A DNA stretch of 64,000 bases, taken from positions 800,001-864,000 of the forward strand of contig CP170459.1 in the NCBI GenBank assembly GCA_047947115.1, written 5' to 3'. Below the pieces are notes generated by a model. It was not told the origin of the DNA and searched no databases. It worked only from the letters and a program-made list of their open reading frames with translations. Source of the DNA: Verrucomicrobiota bacterium. Lineage in GTDB: Bacteria; Verrucomicrobiota; Verrucomicrobiia; Limisphaerales; AAA164-E04. The position numbers and the translations under genes were made by a program. This document shows positions 60,362-64,000 of the stretch, piece by piece. Positions within the stretch are counted from its first letter, which is position 1; each line of letters begins with the position of its first letter.

Positions 60362-60967
60362 ATGCCGACAACACAGGACTCCGATGTAGAACTCATGCTG
60401 CAGGTTCAGCAAGGTGATCTTGTGTCCTTTGAAGGCCTGGTAGATCGTTACAAGCAACCCATATTCAATCTGATTTACCGGATGCTGCGCGATGCAGATG
60501 AGGCAGAGGACATTGCGCAGAAAGTATTTATTCAGGTCTACAAGGCCTCCGAACGTTACCGACCAACCGCACAGTTTTCCACCTGGATATTCACCATCGC
60601 CCGGAACCTGACACTCAACGAAATACGCAGAAGATCCCGCAAGCCCAACACCGATTCGCTGGACGCAACCATCGATCCGGAAGGCGATCAGATTCCGAGG
60701 GAATATGGAGACGTCAAAAGCAAGGATGCCAGAGAGGAAGCCATGAGGCGCGAGTTGCTGGACCGGATCGATCTGGGCATTTCGGAACTTCCTGAAAACC
60801 AGCGGGCCGCCATTCTTTTATGCAAGGAAGGCGACGTCAGCTATGATGAAATTGCCAAGATCCTGAATTGCTCTGTGTCGGCTGTTAAATCATTGCTTTT
60901 CCGTGCAAGAGAAACCCTTAAGCGCCGGATCAAGCATTATGTCTCCACAGGCGATTGGGAGGAATGA
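60362..60967 (+). CDS. ECF sigma-70 factor
   Basis: AEDIAQKVF, FSTWIFTIARN, LPENQR, SYDEIA, VKSLLFRAR. Confidence 0.94.
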   Translation: MPTTQDSDVELMLQVQQGDLVSFEGLVDRYKQPIFNLIYRMLRDADEAEDIAQKVFIQVYKASERYRPTAQFSTWIFTIARNLTLNEIRRRSRKPNTDSLDATIDPEGDQIPREYGDVKSKDAREEAMRRELLDRIDLGISELPENQRAAILLCKEGDVSYDEIAKILNCSVSAVKSLLFRARETLKRRIKHYVSTGDWEE

Positions 60968-61041
60968 AGTACGCATCCCATCAAAATGAACCTTTCGGAG
61001 CAACTTTTGATGGAAAACAGTTTTAGAGTAAATTGGACGTT

Positions 61042-61554
61042 ATGAAAAACCGTAGTTACCAGGATTGGATTGACCTGCATTGGCAGCGAACTCTGACACC
61101 AGAGGAGACTGGCCAGTGGGAAGCATTCCTTCAAGAAAACCCGGACCATCGCGAAGAGTGGAAGTGGGACCAACAGTTGATGGAAGGCGTGCATCATTTG
61201 GCGGATGTGCCATTATCCAACAACTTTACCTCACGCGTCATCCGATCCGTCGAACACCTGCAACCGGACTCGGTGACTCAGGAGTCGGAAGCTCGCAGGA
61301 GCGAATCCGGAGGGTGGGCCAAATGGTGGTCCCTGCCCGGCATTCGAATTGCCGGAACAAGTGTCGTCCTATTGGCGGGTTTTTGGCTGTGGCAATGGGA
61401 TCCCACGGCTCCCAGCATGGTGGAAAGCATCACCACCGTCACTCAGGCGGAGACAGCTCCAACGGTGGAGGAACTTGAAAATTTTGACGCAATCAGCGGT
61501 TTGGCGCAAACGAGCACAGATGTTGATTGGGAACTGGTCTTTGCGATGGACTGA
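61042..61554 (+). CDS. putative anti-sigma factor
   Basis: Follows the ECF sigma gene; single TM helix; SNNFTSRV motif. Confidence 0.7.
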   Translation: MKNRSYQDWIDLHWQRTLTPEETGQWEAFLQENPDHREEWKWDQQLMEGVHHLADVPLSNNFTSRVIRSVEHLQPDSVTQESEARRSESGGWAKWWSLPGIRIAGTSVVLLAGFWLWQWDPTAPSMVESITTVTQAETAPTVEELENFDAISGLAQTSTDVDWELVFAMD

Positions 61555-62561
61555 TGACTTGGGAGCGCATACGCATGAAACAACTACCTTTCAGAATCGC
61601 TGCATTCCCGGCTTTGGCCGCCGTGGGATGCCTTTGCATGGTCCTGGCACAGGAAGGACCCAAAATCCCTCCCCTGCGTACAGCATCCCTGCGCACCTCT
61701 CCAACTGTCCCCAGCGTCAAGGACTCCCCCATCAGCCATATCAGAAACCTTCTGGCCGCCGCGCCCGAGCAACGAAAGGATCTCCTGGATCAACATACGC
61801 CCACCACACGAGCCTTCTGGGAACGTAAAGTGACGGAATATGCCGCGATGGATGAAGACGAACGGGATCGACGTCTTCGGGATGCTCAGTTGCACTGGTA
61901 CCTGATGCTGATCCTTCGCACTCCATCCGACCAACGAGAGGTCAAACTGCTCGAACTCCCGGAAACAGAACGCGGCTTGATTTCTGATCGGGTCCGTGAA
62001 TGGGAAGACCTCCCGAACGATCTCCAGATGGATATCATGACCCATCTCCCAGCGCTGAAGTATGTCGGGCAACTTGCTTCATTGTCGCCAGGAGACAGAG
62101 AAAAAGCCCTGGCCGAAGCCAAAAAGAATGGAACCGGCGCTGAGTACCTTTCAGTCGGGTGGAGCACATTGGACGTCGAACGCCGCAGGGCGATGTTCCT
62201 CGGGTATCAAAAATTTTTCACACTGGAACAGCGCCGTCAGGAGAAGGTGCTCGCCAAGATCCCCATGCCCCAACGTCAAACCCTCCAATCCAGACTTGAG
62301 CAACTCGAAAACCTAAGCCCCGACGTGCGTCAGAAATGCCTGGACGCTCTGCAAAAGTATGCCCACATGACGCCGGAAGAACGAATTCTCTTCCGCGCCA
62401 CGGCCGAACGCTGGAAACAAATGGAACCTGCCGAACACGACGTTTGGAGAAAAGTGGTCACTCGCATCCCACCTATCCCATCCGTCAGAGTAAGAACCCT
62501 TCCACCGATTCCTGGCAGTAGAAATGACGACGGATTACCTCCACTTCCCGACAAGCTATAA
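61554..62561 (+). CDS. DUF3106-like helical exported protein
   Basis: TGATG overlap with the upstream gene; repeated W..L...R / MTPEER units; Pro-rich tail. Confidence 0.7.
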   Translation: MTWERIRMKQLPFRIAAFPALAAVGCLCMVLAQEGPKIPPLRTASLRTSPTVPSVKDSPISHIRNLLAAAPEQRKDLLDQHTPTTRAFWERKVTEYAAMDEDERDRRLRDAQLHWYLMLILRTPSDQREVKLLELPETERGLISDRVREWEDLPNDLQMDIMTHLPALKYVGQLASLSPGDREKALAEAKKNGTGAEYLSVGWSTLDVERRRAMFLGYQKFFTLEQRRQEKVLAKIPMPQRQTLQSRLEQLENLSPDVRQKCLDALQKYAHMTPEERILFRATAERWKQMEPAEHDVWRKVVTRIPPIPSVRVRTLPPIPGSRNDDGLPPLPDKL

Positions 62562-64000
62562 TCAAGGTACTGTTTCGATGCGGTAAAAGCGGTAATCATC
62601 TCCCGCTTCAGAATCAATCATCACCGTCACATCATTTTGTGCGGTCACAGGTTCGCCTCTCACCACCCATGGGTCGCCCACAACATCACGACGGCTGTAC
62701 AGTTGGTATTTGACTCCCGGGCTGCTTTGAAAGGAAACACTGGCGCCTTCCAAAGTAACTTCCACGCTGAGCAGAGCGAATGGTGGGACCACCGATGCCG
62801 GGGTTGAGGATGCATTTGTCGGATCCGAGCCGGCTTCGAATTCCTGGGTATTGGTATAGCCATCGCCATCCGCGTCAAAGTCAGGTGAAGCCTCCGGTCC
62901 GGTCCAACGGGTAAAATAATTGCGCTGAAACTGATCGTTCAGACCATCTGCGTTGTAGTCAGGATCCTTGGGCAACACGTCGATGAAGCCGTTGGCATAA
63001 GCCACATTGTCGCCTTGACGCAACTCGAACGATCTGACCCCGGGTAACGCATCTTCATCCACCGAAACCTGAATGTAGTAGGCAGAAAGAGTGCCATTGC
63101 GAAAGGGATCTGCTCGATACTGACTTAGAGTCGTTGTCACTCCGCTTCCGCGCACCGACAAAACGGCATCTTCGGGGAGATTCTCACCATAGACACCGAT
63201 CCAGACAGCTCGCTCTCCCTGCGTCACAGCCGTCGGAGCCACATTGATAGTCAAAGTATTCAAAGAATTCACCTTTTGCTGGATGCCTTGTAGGCGAAAG
63301 GCGGGTTCTCCCTGCTGAACATCCACATCAGCCTGGGATACCCCAGCTGCCGTCACACTCACAGGGATTGGCTCGCTCGGAAGATAATCGGTCCGGATAT
63401 CCTGAAATTCAGCAAAATTGATCACAAACCAAGGAATCAGATAACGTTGCGCATCAATCGGAGGCATCGGAGTGACCCTCAAGATGTAATCCCCAGGCGG
63501 AACTGCGGTCATTTCATAGAATCCCTGCTCCCAGACAAGTGTCTTGGCCCGACTCACCGTGCCCCGGACAGGGTTTCCATCCAAATCTTCCAACACGATG
63601 ACAGCGCCATGCAGATTCTCAGCTCCCATGGTCACCTGACCACGGATTTTACCCACTGTGCTCAGGAAGTTTCCCTCGGGATAGAAGGACTGCACGAACG
63701 CCCGATCATCATCGCTCAAATCCAACTGAGAATTAAGTCCGCGCTGTGCCTCATAAACCATGGTGGAAGCGCCGAGCGTAGAATGCTCCAGGCCAATGAG
63801 ATGACCGATTTCGTGCAGCGCAATGGCTTCCACACTGACGGCAAGCGGTACGCTGGAGTCATATTTGGTGAACCATTTGTGGTTCACTCCGTTGAAGACT
63901 ATATCCGACTCCACCACGCTGTAATCACCAAAGAAAGCCCGGTAGGTCAGACCAAACCGGCCTCGAATGTCGTCCTTTTCACCATTCACCAACGTGGTGT
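62562..64000 (-). CDS. matrixin (M10) metalloprotease with carboxypeptidase-regulatory-like, Ig-like and TSP3-like domains; 5'-partial
   Basis: HEIGHLIGLEHS zinc motif with Met-turn STM; DADGDGYTN..EF.AGSDP. Confidence 0.85.
   Translation of the reverse strand, partial: TTLVNGEKDDIRGRFGLTYRAFFGDYSVVESDIVFNGVNHKWFTKYDSSVPLAVSVEAIALHEIGHLIGLEHSTLGASTMVYEAQRGLNSQLDLSDDDRAFVQSFYPEGNFLSTVGKIRGQVTMGAENLHGAVIVLEDLDGNPVRGTVSRAKTLVWEQGFYEMTAVPPGDYILRVTPMPPIDAQRYLIPWFVINFAEFQDIRTDYLPSEPIPVSVTAAGVSQADVDVQQGEPAFRLQGIQQKVNSLNTLTINVAPTAVTQGERAVWIGVYGENLPEDAVLSVRGSGVTTTLSQYRADPFRNGTLSAYYIQVSVDEDALPGVRSFELRQGDNVAYANGFIDVLPKDPDYNADGLNDQFQRNYFTRWTGPEASPDFDADGDGYTNTQEFEAGSDPTNASSTPASVVPPFALLSVEVTLEGASVSFQSSPGVKYQLYSRRDVVGDPWVVRGEPVTAQNDVTVMIDSEAGDDYRFYRIETVP

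Overview
Bacterial chromosomal window, probably from a Verrucomicrobiota/PVC-group organism. This is inferred from gene content (DUF1501/PSD1-type, DUF3106, PmoA/DUF6807, PA14-cytochrome c, CotH); no marker gene was tested. Housekeeping genes are argH, rlmN, glgP, uvrA, pntA/pntB, nagA, cinA, pheA, scpAB and guaA. Between them lie four intact type II toxin-antitoxin modules, a tRNA-Arg with the uncommon UCG anticodon next to an AT-rich islet, and many intergenic repeats. The repeats fall into several families: three tandem arrays with a 123-bp period built from paired GTAG-type REP hairpins, five copies of a 205-245 bp GGTAG...CTACC element with conserved internal boxes, three ~186-bp GGAGTGC-type doublets plus a collapsed copy, and smaller motifs. 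I found no transposase, integrase, CRISPR array or cas gene. Two lesions not obvious from the ORF track are a GNAT pseudogene split over three frames and an apparent in-frame PSD1/DUF1501 fusion at the window start. A secreted-protein/FGE/MBOAT/SGNH-like cluster is the best candidate for an uncharacterised pathway. All protein calls are from motif recognition by eye, without database searches.
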